Part shown: piece after piece, positions 9,814 through 19,760 of the stretch
Layout: the number at the start of each line of letters is the position of its first letter
How positions within the stretch are numbered: position 1 is the first letter of the stretch
Assembly: GCA_963842885.1 (NCBI GenBank)
Contig: CAWJIE010000003.1
Location: forward strand, 96,001 to 160,000
Direction: 5' to 3'
Length of the DNA stretch: 64,000 nucleotides
Source of the DNA: an uncultured Nitrososphaerota archaeon
Lineage (GTDB): Archaea; Thermoproteota; Nitrososphaeria; Conexivisphaerales; DTJL01
The notes under the pieces: model-generated
The model's input: the letters and a program-made list of their open reading frames with translations, nothing else
Told to the model about the DNA's origin: nothing
Databases searched by the model: none
Translations under genes and position numbers: made by a program

Positions 9814-10443
9814 ATGTCTCTCGTAGACACTGTCTTGAACAAAGGGGAACTGGCCAAGCTCGTCACCCTGCTCGCCATAGTGACCATCTTGACGGTCTTC
9901 TCCCAGTACAAGATCACCATGGCGGCTGTCCCGTCCGGCTTCGCCACTCTCCCGGCCGACGCCCAGAACAAAGTGAGCGTCACGTCCTTCGACGGGCAGG
10001 CGCAGACGGAGGAGACAAACATTGAGAGTTATGTCATGCCCGTTCCGGATACCGTTTCGACCTGGAATGCGACCACAGGGGTAACGATAGCGCACACGAA
10101 CGTGGCCTCTTCGGGCTGCCAGAGCGTCTTCACCGACAACATCGACGTGAACTTCACCGTCACCAACGATCTGACTGCTCCTGTCAGCGGCGCCATCAAC
10201 ATCACTGTCTACAACGACAAGTCCGGCGAACTTCTGGAGAGCAAAGTGCTGATGTTCACGTACACCCCCGGTCAACCCGCATTTGCTGCCGCCAAGTTCA
10301 GCCTCTCAACGCAGGAGATCCAGCCTGTTTTCCTGGTGAAGGTCACCTTCCCCACAGGTCAGGATGCGGCCTCGGTGACCAGCACGAAGCAAGTCAGCCT
10401 CCTCGAGTTCCTGCTCATGCGAGCGGGCCTGCTCGTCGGCTGA
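9814..10443 (+). CDS. hypothetical membrane-anchored beta-rich protein
   Basis: N-terminal TM helix, several NxT sequons, AT-rich element (ttaatataa) upstream. Confidence 0.7.
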   Translation: MSLVDTVLNKGELAKLVTLLAIVTILTVFSQYKITMAAVPSGFATLPADAQNKVSVTSFDGQAQTEETNIESYVMPVPDTVSTWNATTGVTIAHTNVASSGCQSVFTDNIDVNFTVTNDLTAPVSGAINITVYNDKSGELLESKVLMFTYTPGQPAFAAAKFSLSTQEIQPVFLVKVTFPTGQDAASVTSTKQVSLLEFLLMRAGLLVG

Positions 10444-10511
10444 TTGGTTGTCCTCCTCGGATAGCCTTAGTCTTTCCTCGCTCCCGTCTGGTCCCGTATG
10501 GGCAAGAGACT

Positions 10512-11687
10512 TTAACGTTGTCCAACGTCATGCCCAGCGGAAGTGCAGGATTGCTCATGAGGGACGGACGCCCCGGCCAGGAGCACGCCGACGATGGGCG
10601 CCACGGGCAGCATCATGGTCAGCCACAACCCTGACGAAGCGACGGCCCCTGCCAAGGCCGGCCCGACGAAAGAGCCGAACCCCAGAGACGATTCGAAGAG
10701 GCCCGCCGAACGCCCCCTCCCCTCTATAGGCCCGCTGAGCATGCTCACCAGGGTCGCGGAGTAGACGAAGCCGAAGGCGGCGCCGGTCACGAAAGAGGAG
10801 ATGACGAGGAGAGAGGCGCTCGGGTGCGGGGTCACGGAGTATAGGGGGAAGCATAGGGCAAGGAGGAGGAAGACGGTCCTGGTAGTCTTCATCCCCAGTG
10901 CCTGCATCACTCTTTCCGAGACTAGGAACGCCATGAGCCGCCCCGCGTAGATGGCGCTTAGAACTGTTCCCCAAAGCGTGACCTCGAAGTTCAAGCTCGC
11001 GGCGTACTTGGGGAAGAATGTCGAAAAGGTGGTCATCGTGAGGCCGTACACGAACGCGTAAGAGAGGAGGCCCGCCGTCGCCCCCGGATCTAGCCTGACC
11101 TTCGGCCTCTCCTGGGAGGCCGTGCGCGCCGAGGGCCTTCCTTCTATGCTGAGGCTCACGAGCAGGGCCGCCGCCATCATGGTCGCTGAAAGCAGGAAGG
11201 TCTCGCCCACCGAAGAGAAGCTCACGACAAGGCTACCCAGGATGGGCGCCGTGATGGCCCCCAGCCCCCAAGCTAGGTTGAACATCTTCATGTTTCTTCT
11301 TAGGTCGGTTCCTCTGAGACTGTAGAGTGCCTCCAAGGGAGGCCAAATCATCGCCCATCCTATCCCTTCCAGAAGCCTCAACCCCACGTAGATGACGGGG
11401 TTGGACACGAGCGTGTAGGAGAGGCAGAGCACCGTGATCAGAGAGGTCCCCAAGACCAAGAGCCGCCTGGGGCCAACTTTGTCGGAAAGCCTCCCCGTCA
11501 GGACCGGGGCGAACATGTACACGACCGACCCCGAGGCGCCCACCAGCCCCACGAGCCAGCTGTCGGCGCCCAGCTGAAACGCCCTGTAGGGGAGGTAGAT
11601 CGAAACCATTACGATGGTCACCTCAGAGATGAAGGAGATGACGGCCGGGAGCTGTTGTCTTTCCACGCGCCTCTGAACGGCGACCAT
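10512..11687 (-). CDS. MFS transporter
   Basis: About 12 TM segments; motif A GRLSDKVGPRR. Confidence 0.9.
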   Translation of the reverse strand: MVAVQRRVERQQLPAVISFISEVTIVMVSIYLPYRAFQLGADSWLVGLVGASGSVVYMFAPVLTGRLSDKVGPRRLLVLGTSLITVLCLSYTLVSNPVIYVGLRLLEGIGWAMIWPPLEALYSLRGTDLRRNMKMFNLAWGLGAITAPILGSLVVSFSSVGETFLLSATMMAAALLVSLSIEGRPSARTASQERPKVRLDPGATAGLLSYAFVYGLTMTTFSTFFPKYAASLNFEVTLWGTVLSAIYAGRLMAFLVSERVMQALGMKTTRTVFLLLALCFPLYSVTPHPSASLLVISSFVTGAAFGFVYSATLVSMLSGPIEGRGRSAGLFESSLGFGSFVGPALAGAVASSGLWLTMMLPVAPIVGVLLAGASVPHEQSCTSAGHDVGQR

Positions 11688-11890
11688 GCAAGCTCTTAAC
11701 GTTGCCGCGCTCAGTTCCCTCAGTCCAAGAGGGAAGTACGTAGCATGTCTATGTCAAAGGTAGATATCGCCTATGGTCTATGGTCAACCAAGATGACCTC
11801 CGGTACCTCTCGGACTCACTCTGCACGGGACATCCCTCGGATGAGTCGCCATCTTCGCCGCCGTTAGAATCATGTCGGCTTTATACCTCT

Positions 11891-12022
11891 ATGGGCGACC
11901 GCCGAGGCGTCTGGAAGAAGGAGCCCAACGCGGACGTTGGGGTCCACCTTCACGTCGACGCCTTCAAGGAGTACGTCATGAAAGGCCTCTCCCGGTACGG
12001 CACTTCAAAGAGCCTAGAGTAA
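11891..12022 (+). pseudogene. probable C-terminal remnant of a nucleoside hydrolase
   Basis: DRRGVWKKEPNADVGVHLHVDAFKEYVMKGL resembles the IU-NH C-terminus (PNA.V...D...F); no N-terminal domain present. Confidence 0.4.
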
Positions 12023-13081
12023 GGAGCCGCCCTTCACTATCAGGTCGTCGCCCGACTTCAGCGTGGCGGCGCGCAGGATACCCGCGAAGCTGCCTACCAG
12101 GCCCACCGAGCCCGACGGGAACCTGTCCTGCCCGAAGCCGAACTTCATGAGGGGGTTGATGCCCACCGTCACGCCGTATAGCACCCGCTGCTTCTCTGGG
12201 ATGGCCTCTCCCAGGGCGCGAAGCACCGCGGGGGACTTCCTCGAGCTCCACTTGACGATCGTCCCGCCTTCGAAGACCAGCGTGGCATCCTCGAGGAGGC
12301 CGAACCTCGTCAGAGTCGGCGACAGCTTCGCCTTCCCGGATATGGAGGAGGGATCGACCTCCTTGTATACGTACCCTGGCGGCACATAGCTTACGTTATT
12401 CCCCGATGACACGTCATCGTCGTCCGTCCTCCCGTCCTGGATCTCCAACTCCCCCTTCAGCTCGAAGGTTAAACTTGTGCCCTCTCCCTTGACCGTGACC
12501 TTCCTCCCGTCCACTAGGCTCTTGGCGACATCCCTCGCCTTCCTTCCCACATGGGCGAAGTCCACCAGCGCAGCCTGCAACTGGTGCCGGGTGATGGTCG
12601 CCGGGCTCTTTCCAAAGACGCCGGCGATATCCTCGCCGACATACCCGAACGTCAGCCTCGCTCCTCTCAGCTTCGCCTTCTCGGCGGCCTTGTACCATGA
12701 TTCGTTGTATTTCGTGGAGTCGATGAACTCCTGCCTGGTGATCTGTCTGCTGAAGCTGGCCAGAGGTGGGCCAGGCATGAAGACGTAGGCGTCAGACCCT
12801 GACAGGAGCGCGTATTCATGCTTCCCCATGACCCCCCGGGCGTCCTTCGGCGTGCTGCGGACTCCTTGGATGTAGGTTGCCTCGTCCTCGTAGATCATCA
12901 GGGGAACGGCGCCCATCTTCTTGGCCTCGAGAGAGACCGTGAGGGCGAAAGGCAGGGAGTTGCTCCACGCCTCGATGGTCAGAGATTCCCCTTTCTTCAG
13001 CCCGACGGTCTCTGACAGGACCTTGCGGGCGACCTTCAGATACAGAGGATCGGAAGCGGCCTTCGTTGGCTTCATATTCAA
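12014..13081 (-). CDS. aminopeptidase M29 (AmpS/AmpT)-like protein, metal ligands apparently missing
   Basis: LKKGESLTI, GTSLTF, VPPGYV and VGINP follow the M29 layout. Confidence 0.7.
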   Translation of the reverse strand: MNMKPTKAASDPLYLKVARKVLSETVGLKKGESLTIEAWSNSLPFALTVSLEAKKMGAVPLMIYEDEATYIQGVRSTPKDARGVMGKHEYALLSGSDAYVFMPGPPLASFSRQITRQEFIDSTKYNESWYKAAEKAKLRGARLTFGYVGEDIAGVFGKSPATITRHQLQAALVDFAHVGRKARDVAKSLVDGRKVTVKGEGTSLTFELKGELEIQDGRTDDDDVSSGNNVSYVPPGYVYKEVDPSSISGKAKLSPTLTRFGLLEDATLVFEGGTIVKWSSRKSPAVLRALGEAIPEKQRVLYGVTVGINPLMKFGFGQDRFPSGSVGLVGSFAGILRAATLKSGDDLIVKGGSLL

Positions 13082-13370
13082 CTTCTAGGCCGACCTCGCT
13101 GGTATATTTGGCTTGACTCGTAAGCTCAACCCCCATTGGCGTCCGCTTCACGCAGGCCCGAAAGGCTTTCGAGAGGGGTCAGGCTGTGCTGGCCATTCAT
13201 GCTCATAGCGGACGGCCTTATCACTGCTGGAGTATTGCGACGACGCATGACTCCCCCCCCCCACTGCCAGCTGCCCGGCCTTAGAGGGAGCCCATGACGT
13301 CCCCGCCCACCGAAAGTAGAAGAAACGGAGGGTTAAATACCGACGATGGCGCTAGGAGTGAACGATTGGA

Positions 13371-13559
13371 TTGAAAGCCTCGGATCAGATTTTCTACGCC
13401 GGCTTGCTGTGTTTTGTCATTACGCTGGTGGCTATGGGGATAGACCTCCTCCGGGGGACGGTGACGTTGGGGAGCGGCCACGCTGAGGCGGTGGCCCTCA
13501 TCATCATCGGCGTCGTATTCACCTGGATAGGGTTCTACGGGAAGAGCAAGGGCGCCTAG
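13371..13559 (+). CDS. small two-TM membrane protein
   Basis: 62 aa, two hydrophobic helices, TATA-like gttaaata upstream. Confidence 0.6.
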   Translation: MKASDQIFYAGLLCFVITLVAMGIDLLRGTVTLGSGHAEAVALIIIGVVFTWIGFYGKSKGA

Positions 13560-13791
13560 CAGGGAGTCCCTCTCCCGCCGCTCTAAGGCCTGCGCGGCCC
13601 TTCAGATTCGCCTTTGTGCCATGTGCTTCGGATGCCTTCATCGTCGGCAGAGCAGTTCCCAACGAGCTCCAGGTCGAATTCCCCCCCATGGTCACACCTT
13701 CCTCCGTGGTGACCCTGGCGACGCGCTGACCCAGCCACCAGATAGAGTATCATTTCATGCGGGCTCTGTAGTGGCAGGTTCCCTCAAGGGG

Positions 13792-14589
13792 TCATGGTCC
13801 CCGAGTGTCCCTCCGCCAGACACTCTGGCCGAATAGCAGGATCAAAGCCTCCACAGAGAGGGCTGCGCCCAATGACAGGACCGCGGCCAAAAGGATACCC
13901 AGGGCGACCACTGTCGAAGCGAATGTGAAGAAGAACGCCGCCGCGGCAAAGGCGGCCGCCACTACGCCGCGCAGGAAGGGGGCGCTGGCGTCAGCTCCTT
14001 CGTACCTCTGCATGAAAACAGCGAAAACGGTCGCGTAAATCGGATAAGGTGCCAGCAGGCCGCTCCAGCGCGATCCCAACAGGGAGGCTCCTCCGGTGAT
14101 CAGCAGCACCAGAGACGTGGCCGCGACCATACGGGCCGGCAGCTCCCACGAGGAGGGATACCTGGTCGGGATGGCATCCGAGCCCGAGGGCATGATCTTC
14201 AGGGACATGGCTATCCCGACGATGGCCGCTGCCAGGGCGAGGAAGGGGGTCACTCCTGTGAAGCTCAGGAGAGTCGCCACGAAGAAGTAGACTGTGGTGC
14301 TCGCGACGATCGTGACCTGCCAGCTCTCCCTGAAGCTGACCAGGCTGTAGGTCGCACAGTACGAGGCCAGCGGGAGCACGCCCAGTAGAGTCCCCACCGC
14401 TGCCGCCGACGCGAACCCTACGCCTTGCTCGAGCGCCAGGAAGACGAGGACAGGCCCGGAGGTCAGGGGGAGGCCTATGATGAAGCCGCCGACAGAAGGG
14501 CCCCACCTGCGCGCCGCCACGCTCACCGTTAGGATGAGCACAGGAACGGCCACCAGCTTGATTAAAAAGAGGAGGTCGGACTGCGTCAC
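13792..14589 (-). CDS. hypothetical multi-pass membrane protein
   Basis: Internally duplicated RRWGPSVGGFIIGLPLTSGP / LLGSRWSGLLAPYP halves; about 8 TM segments. Confidence 0.8.
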   Translation of the reverse strand: MTQSDLLFLIKLVAVPVLILTVSVAARRWGPSVGGFIIGLPLTSGPVLVFLALEQGVGFASAAAVGTLLGVLPLASYCATYSLVSFRESWQVTIVASTTVYFFVATLLSFTGVTPFLALAAAIVGIAMSLKIMPSGSDAIPTRYPSSWELPARMVAATSLVLLITGGASLLGSRWSGLLAPYPIYATVFAVFMQRYEGADASAPFLRGVVAAAFAAAAFFFTFASTVVALGILLAAVLSLGAALSVEALILLFGQSVWRRDTRGP

Positions 14590-14686
14590 GTCTTAATTCC
14601 GTAAATCAGGCCGGTAAATATGGATGACGTCAGGGGATCCCATTTTCTCGAGAATTCAGGAGACTAACGTCTCCTGCCACAAGCCC

Positions 14687-14884
14687 TTAACAGCTCAGGA
14701 GGCGTTCGAACTCCGAGGCGCTTAGCGACTGGTAGGCCGCCTGCTCGTAGCATTACCCCATTGGCATGGAAGCGTTCATTGCCTCTTTTGAGTCGGGGGG
14801 CATCTCCGTAAGCAGCGCCGCGCACTTCTCCGCGGCTTCGCTCCATTCGCAACTCTTCTCACGTTCAAGGGCTGATTGGAGAAT
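14687..14884 (-). pseudogene. degraded remnant of a helical/TPR-like protein N-terminus
   Basis: My translation ILQSALEREKSCEWSEAAEKC...MG*CYEQAAYQSLSASEF has an in-frame stop; resembles TPR-like archaeal N-termini. Confidence 0.3.
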
Positions 14885-15019
14885 GGATGGAGCTTGCGAA
14901 GGCCTTCTGATACTCTTTGGCTCCTCTGCACGGCGTCAATAAACGCTCTAAAGAAACTGTGTGACCGCTGCGGGATAATCCTTTAAACCACCCGAGCCGG
15001 GAGGACCGCGTAGCGCTCC

Positions 15020-15790
15020 ATGCCCTTGGAAGCCATCGTAGTGGACTCCGTTACCAAGACCTTCGGCAGGAAGGTGGCGGTGAACAACATCTCCCTGCGG
15101 GTCGAAGCAGGCGAGATCCTCGGCCTTCTCGGGCCCAACGGCTCCGGCAAGAGCACGACCATGAGGATGATCATGGGCATAATGAAGCCCGACTCTGGAA
15201 GAATCTCCCTCTGCGACATCGACGTCCTCAGGCAGCCGACCGACTCGAAGAAGCTTGTCGGCTACGTACCCGAATCCCCCTATCTCTACGAGTACCTCAC
15301 GGCTTCCGAATACCTGGACTTCGTGGGGACCGCGTATGGGATAGCTCCGAGCGATAGGCGGGAGCGCGTGGCGGAGCTCCTGGACGCGCTGCAGATGTCC
15401 GAGCATGTGAATGAAGTCATGAGCGGCTTCTCCCAGGGGATGAAGCAGAAGGTCGCCTTCACCGCGGCACTCCTACACAGGCCTCGCGTCCTGGTGCTCG
15501 ATGAATCCCTCAACGGGTTGGACCCCAGGTCCGCGAGGATTATCAAGGACATCCTCAACCGCCTGTCGAGGGAGGGCGTCGCCATCCTGTTCAGCACGCA
15601 TGTCCTCGAGATTGCAGAGGCCATATGCCACTCCATAGTCATAATGAACGAAGGAAGCGTGATCGCCGAAGGCACGGCCCAGGAGCTCAGGTCCAAGGCG
15701 GGCATGCCCGGATCGAGCCTCGAAGACACCTTCCTGAAGCTCACCGGAAGCGAAGACACTGCAAAAATTGTGGAGGCACTGAGCCTTTGA
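15020..15790 (+). CDS. ABC transporter ATP-binding protein
   Basis: GPNGSGKS, FSQGMKQK, LVLDES and STH motifs. Confidence 0.92.
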   Translation: MPLEAIVVDSVTKTFGRKVAVNNISLRVEAGEILGLLGPNGSGKSTTMRMIMGIMKPDSGRISLCDIDVLRQPTDSKKLVGYVPESPYLYEYLTASEYLDFVGTAYGIAPSDRRERVAELLDALQMSEHVNEVMSGFSQGMKQKVAFTAALLHRPRVLVLDESLNGLDPRSARIIKDILNRLSREGVAILFSTHVLEIAEAICHSIVIMNEGSVIAEGTAQELRSKAGMPGSSLEDTFLKLTGSEDTAKIVEALSL

Positions 15791-17427
15791 GGCGGGCCAC
15801 GGTCGCGAGCCTCGCGGCCGTCCTCTTCAAGTCGTACTTCAGGGCCAGCCGCGCGGGCCGCAGGAGCAACTTCTCCAACCCCAGCTCGATCTTCGCCATC
15901 GACGCGCTCCTGTTCGTCCCCCTCTTCGCCGCCGTCTGGTACCTGGTCCCCGTGGTTCCGTCAGACATCAGGGCTCTGCTGGTGCCCATCGCCGCGCAGG
16001 CCGTCGTAGGCTTCCCTGTGATTCTAACCTCGGCGGTCATCCTCGCGGGGATCCTCTTCGAGCTGGGCACTGCCAGCGGCCTCGCCTCGAGCGAAGCCGT
16101 GAACTGGCTTCCCGTCACTCCGCAGGAGTATGTCGTTGCGGCGTGCCTCTCGCTCGACTTCGCGTATTCACCCTTTCTGGCCTTGGGCCTCGGGCTCATC
16201 ATACCGTTGGCTGTGCAGCTGGGCTTCTCTTCTGTGATACCCTCAATGGTCGTTCTTTCCTTCGTCGCCTTCTTCATGGGAGCCGCGATTGTCGAGGCCA
16301 TCAGGTCCGTGATGAACCGCGTCTCGACCACGGTCTACAGGAAGAGCGGCAGGCTCGGAGCGATCTTCCGCATCGTCCTGGTGATCGTCCTCTTCGTCGC
16401 ATTTCAGCTGGCGTTCCAGCCGACCATTCTTTACCTGGCCCTGTCCGTGATTGTCAAGGGGGTCAGCCTCGTATGGTTCGTCCCTATGGTGTGGCCTTCG
16501 GTGGCCATTGAGGCTCAGCTGTCCTCCGACCTGGTCAGGGCCTCCGTCTTCTTTGCGCTCACCCTGGCCTTCGCATTCGGCCTGTTCGAAGCGTCCTCCT
16601 TCCTCAGGTCAAGGTATTGGTCCCCCGTCCCCGTCACAGTCAGCGTCGCCTCCTCCCCGGTCTACGTCCCTCAGGGGAGGTCCTTCCTCTGGTTGGACGC
16701 CGTCGCATTCTCCCTCGCGTTGAAGGATCTAAGGTCGCTGGTGAGAAGGAAGGAGATGATTAGATTCCTAGCCGTCCCGGTGATGCTCGTCGTCGTCTTC
16801 TTCCTCCCCACGGTCTACAACGGCTACGGCTCCAGCGGGGTGGCTTCTCCTGTCAGCCTCCTCCTGCTGGGCGAGGTCTCAACGATCCTTCCGATCATGC
16901 TATCTTCGATCAGCATTGGACAGGAAGGAGGTTCCATCGCCAACATCTACATGCTTCCCATATCTTCTTCGGAGCTCATTATGGGGAAGCTCTTCATCCC
17001 CTGGGTGATCTCCGGTGCCGCCTCCGCCGCTGTGGTTTCCCTCATTCAGCTCCTCTTTCCCTTCGCCTGGAGCCAGCTCGCCGTCATCCTGGTCGCCTTG
17101 GCCTTCATCGTGTTCATCCAGGGGTTCATCGGGTTGGGCGCGGGGGCGCGATACCCCAACTTCAGCCTGGGCCCCAGGGCCAGGTACGTAACGATGATGG
17201 GCTTCTTCATCGCCTTCCTTGCCGGGCTCTTCTCCACGGCGCTGATGTTCATTCCGTTCGCGGTCTACCTCGTCACGCCGCGCTTCGCATCGCTGGGATT
17301 GGGGGCTGGCGACACGATGCTCGTCGTCCTCGCCCTGACTGCCTCCACCGGCGTCGTCCTCCTGTCTCTTACGAGGGCTTACTGCGTCAGCGGAGTGAAG
17401 AAGTTCCTGTCCGATATGGCGTTCTGA
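15787..17427 (+). CDS. large putative ABC exporter permease
   Basis: More than 12 TM segments in two halves; TTG start overlaps the ATPase stop. Confidence 0.8.
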   Translation: MRRATVASLAAVLFKSYFRASRAGRRSNFSNPSSIFAIDALLFVPLFAAVWYLVPVVPSDIRALLVPIAAQAVVGFPVILTSAVILAGILFELGTASGLASSEAVNWLPVTPQEYVVAACLSLDFAYSPFLALGLGLIIPLAVQLGFSSVIPSMVVLSFVAFFMGAAIVEAIRSVMNRVSTTVYRKSGRLGAIFRIVLVIVLFVAFQLAFQPTILYLALSVIVKGVSLVWFVPMVWPSVAIEAQLSSDLVRASVFFALTLAFAFGLFEASSFLRSRYWSPVPVTVSVASSPVYVPQGRSFLWLDAVAFSLALKDLRSLVRRKEMIRFLAVPVMLVVVFFLPTVYNGYGSSGVASPVSLLLLGEVSTILPIMLSSISIGQEGGSIANIYMLPISSSELIMGKLFIPWVISGAASAAVVSLIQLLFPFAWSQLAVILVALAFIVFIQGFIGLGAGARYPNFSLGPRARYVTMMGFFIAFLAGLFSTALMFIPFAVYLVTPRFASLGLGAGDTMLVVLALTASTGVVLLSLTRAYCVSGVKKFLSDMAF

Positions 17428-17748
17428 AGGCCCGAAGGGGGGCCCGGCGGTCCTGACCAGCAAACGGGCTTCCTCCCATCTCCTTGATAAGCCGAGTGAG
17501 CTGGACCTCGGCTTTCCCGACCTATCCAGAGCCCGTCTCCACCTTATTGAAACCTCTGCTCCGGTAGAAAGCGAAGGCCCAGAAGTCCTCTGCCTCGGTC
17601 TTCACGGTGATTCGCCTTGCCCTCCTCCGCGTCGAGGCTCCTCGCCCAAAGCTGAGAGGTGGGCTCGCTCGACGCACATTTGAACATGTGACGCACCGCT
17701 CCGCCGATTCGAATTCTTATATCTCGGACTCCCCTGACGCCTTACGTT

Positions 17749-18582
17749 ATGTCGGCGGGCTACGGAGGAAGGGGCGGCGGCTCCTTCACGAGGAGGGGGT
17801 CTTCCTCTAAGAAGGTGAGGCACAGGAAGAAGGACTTCCATGAGCACAAGATCAGGCTGGCCGAAAGCGGAACCCCGCAAGATTTCCAGGCTCTTAGGGA
17901 GAGAACGCTCCAGTCCTTGGACAAGCTCGGCCATCAGATGTTGCCGCCGGACTCGAGCTACGGCATGCAGAACTGGATGAAGAGCCTGGGCGTCCTCCTC
18001 GACGACTTCGAAACCAGGGCCTCCTCCATGGTCACGCTGCCGGAGGGCTATGCCTCAGGGAAGGAGGGGGTCCTCTCGATGCTTTCGAAGGGATTCACCT
18101 TTCCAGAGATGGACTCCGCCATCGCCGTGGCGAGGGATGAGGTGGCCCGAATCTCCTCAAGCATAGGCAATCGGGACGCGGCATACTTCGGGTCCAGGCT
18201 AGGGGCGCTGAGGACGAAACGACAGCGACTGGTCACAGAGCTGGATGCCGAGCGGGCGTCGATCTCTCGAATCAAGGCCGAGCCACGGCCCGGCCGCCTC
18301 TTCCAGAGGATCCTTGGCGAGAGGCCTCCTTCGACCGCTGAAAACGAGGCTCATGCGGCCGCTCTGGAGAGGGAGATTAGCGAGTCGGACTCCCAGACGG
18401 CCGCGCTGCAAGAGGAGGAGCTTCGCTACAGGGAGGCCAAGAAGGAACTGGCGGTCGCTTCGGACAAGTTGGCAGGACTTGAGGCGAAGATGATGGAGAG
18501 GCTCCAGCTGGCCCCCGAAAGAGAGGAGGCCACCCGGAAGCTGGCGGAGGAGATTTCGAAGATCCTCCCTATGCAGCCCTGA
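17749..18582 (+). CDS. hypothetical coiled-coil protein with RGG/basic N-terminus
   Basis: GYGGRGGG..KKVRHRKK N-terminus, long heptad C-terminal half, TATA cttatat upstream. Confidence 0.75.
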   Translation: MSAGYGGRGGGSFTRRGSSSKKVRHRKKDFHEHKIRLAESGTPQDFQALRERTLQSLDKLGHQMLPPDSSYGMQNWMKSLGVLLDDFETRASSMVTLPEGYASGKEGVLSMLSKGFTFPEMDSAIAVARDEVARISSSIGNRDAAYFGSRLGALRTKRQRLVTELDAERASISRIKAEPRPGRLFQRILGERPPSTAENEAHAAALEREISESDSQTAALQEEELRYREAKKELAVASDKLAGLEAKMMERLQLAPEREEATRKLAEEISKILPMQP

Positions 18583-18687
18583 CTCAGTGTGCGCCTCGCT
18601 GGTTGCGAGCACGAATGCCGATGGGTTAAATACGCGGTCGCTTCGTCCTAATGCCGTTACTCTCGGTGATGAGCGCTGGCCAACTGG

Positions 18688-19515
18688 TTGCTCGGTGTCC
18701 TTCTGGGCATCGTCCAAGGGATAAGCGAATGGCTTCCCATAAGCAGCAAGACCCAGATCATCATCGTTTCGACCTACCTCTTCGGGCTGGACTTCCAGAG
18801 GGCCTACTCGTTCGGCCTCTTCCTTGAGGCGGGCACCTTCCTCGCGGCGGTCATCTACTTCCGAAAGGAGGTGGTCAAGGTCCTCCTCGCTCTCGTCGGG
18901 AGGGGGGATGGAGAGGGCAGGTCGCTCCTGAAGTTCCTCCTTGTCGTCACGGCGATCACGGGGGTCTTGGGCGTGGGCATCTACCTGTTGGTCTCCGACG
19001 TCACCAGCAGTCCCGTGATAGGCATCCCGATGATAATTCTGGGAGTCGTGCTGCTGGCCGACGCATCGCTCATCAGGTTCGCGAGGAACCGCCGTACCCC
19101 CACCAGAGGGATTCAAGGCCTCACCCTCAGGGACGACGTACTCATTGGGCTGGCGCAGGCCCTCTCAGCCTTTCCCGGCGTCAGCAGGTCGGGGACCACG
19201 GTGTCAGCGATGCTCCTCCTCGGCCTGAAACCAGAGGAATCATTCAGGTTGTCGTTCCTCGCGCTGATTCCCGCCTCCGTCGGGGCGGCGCTCGTCTCGG
19301 TGCTGTTCTCGCACGGCGCGATGAGCTCTGTGATCTCCACCGTGGGCTTGCCGACCATCGCCGTGGCCATAGTCACTGCCATGCTGGTCAGCCTGCTCCT
19401 GATCAGGGTGCTGCTCAGGTTCGCCGCCAGCAGCAGGATCACCGTCCTCATCCTCGCCCTTGGGCTCATCGCCATCTTCAGCGGCATTACTAGCCTCCTG
19501 TCGGGCTATGGTTGA
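18688..19515 (+). CDS. uppP: undecaprenyl-diphosphate phosphatase (BacA/UppP family)
   Basis: QGISEWLPISS, PGVSRSGTT and RLSFL motifs. Confidence 0.9.
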   Translation: MLGVLLGIVQGISEWLPISSKTQIIIVSTYLFGLDFQRAYSFGLFLEAGTFLAAVIYFRKEVVKVLLALVGRGDGEGRSLLKFLLVVTAITGVLGVGIYLLVSDVTSSPVIGIPMIILGVVLLADASLIRFARNRRTPTRGIQGLTLRDDVLIGLAQALSAFPGVSRSGTTVSAMLLLGLKPEESFRLSFLALIPASVGAALVSVLFSHGAMSSVISTVGLPTIAVAIVTAMLVSLLLIRVLLRFAASSRITVLILALGLIAIFSGITSLLSGYG

Positions 19516-19760
19516 GCGCACTCTTCCGTAGCCGACGAGTGGCGCTCAGGGCGGATGGAATTGGAAACAAGACGGCCATGCAATGCTCGAGATCGTCTGG
19601 AGCTCGCCGCAGCTGAGCGTCTCCTAGGCCACGACAGTGGCGCCATGGGCGCCCGCCCTCCTGGCTTCTGGGGAGACGGATGAGCGAGATCGCGGATACG
19701 GTCTCTTCTTCGTAAAGAGGGTTAACTTATATAGCCCAGTCCCGGCGCTCTTGTCCTGAG

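Noticed and set aside
13140-13262. Possible structured ncRNA (cgtccgct/agcggacg stem, C10 run)
   Set aside because: The internal helices are weak and there are no SRP, RNase P, tRNA or C/D-box signatures.
14633-14676. Cluster of palindromes and the caggagac-taac-gtctcctg hairpin as a MITE or CRISPR repeat
   Set aside because: Single copy, with no spacer array or terminal-repeat partner.
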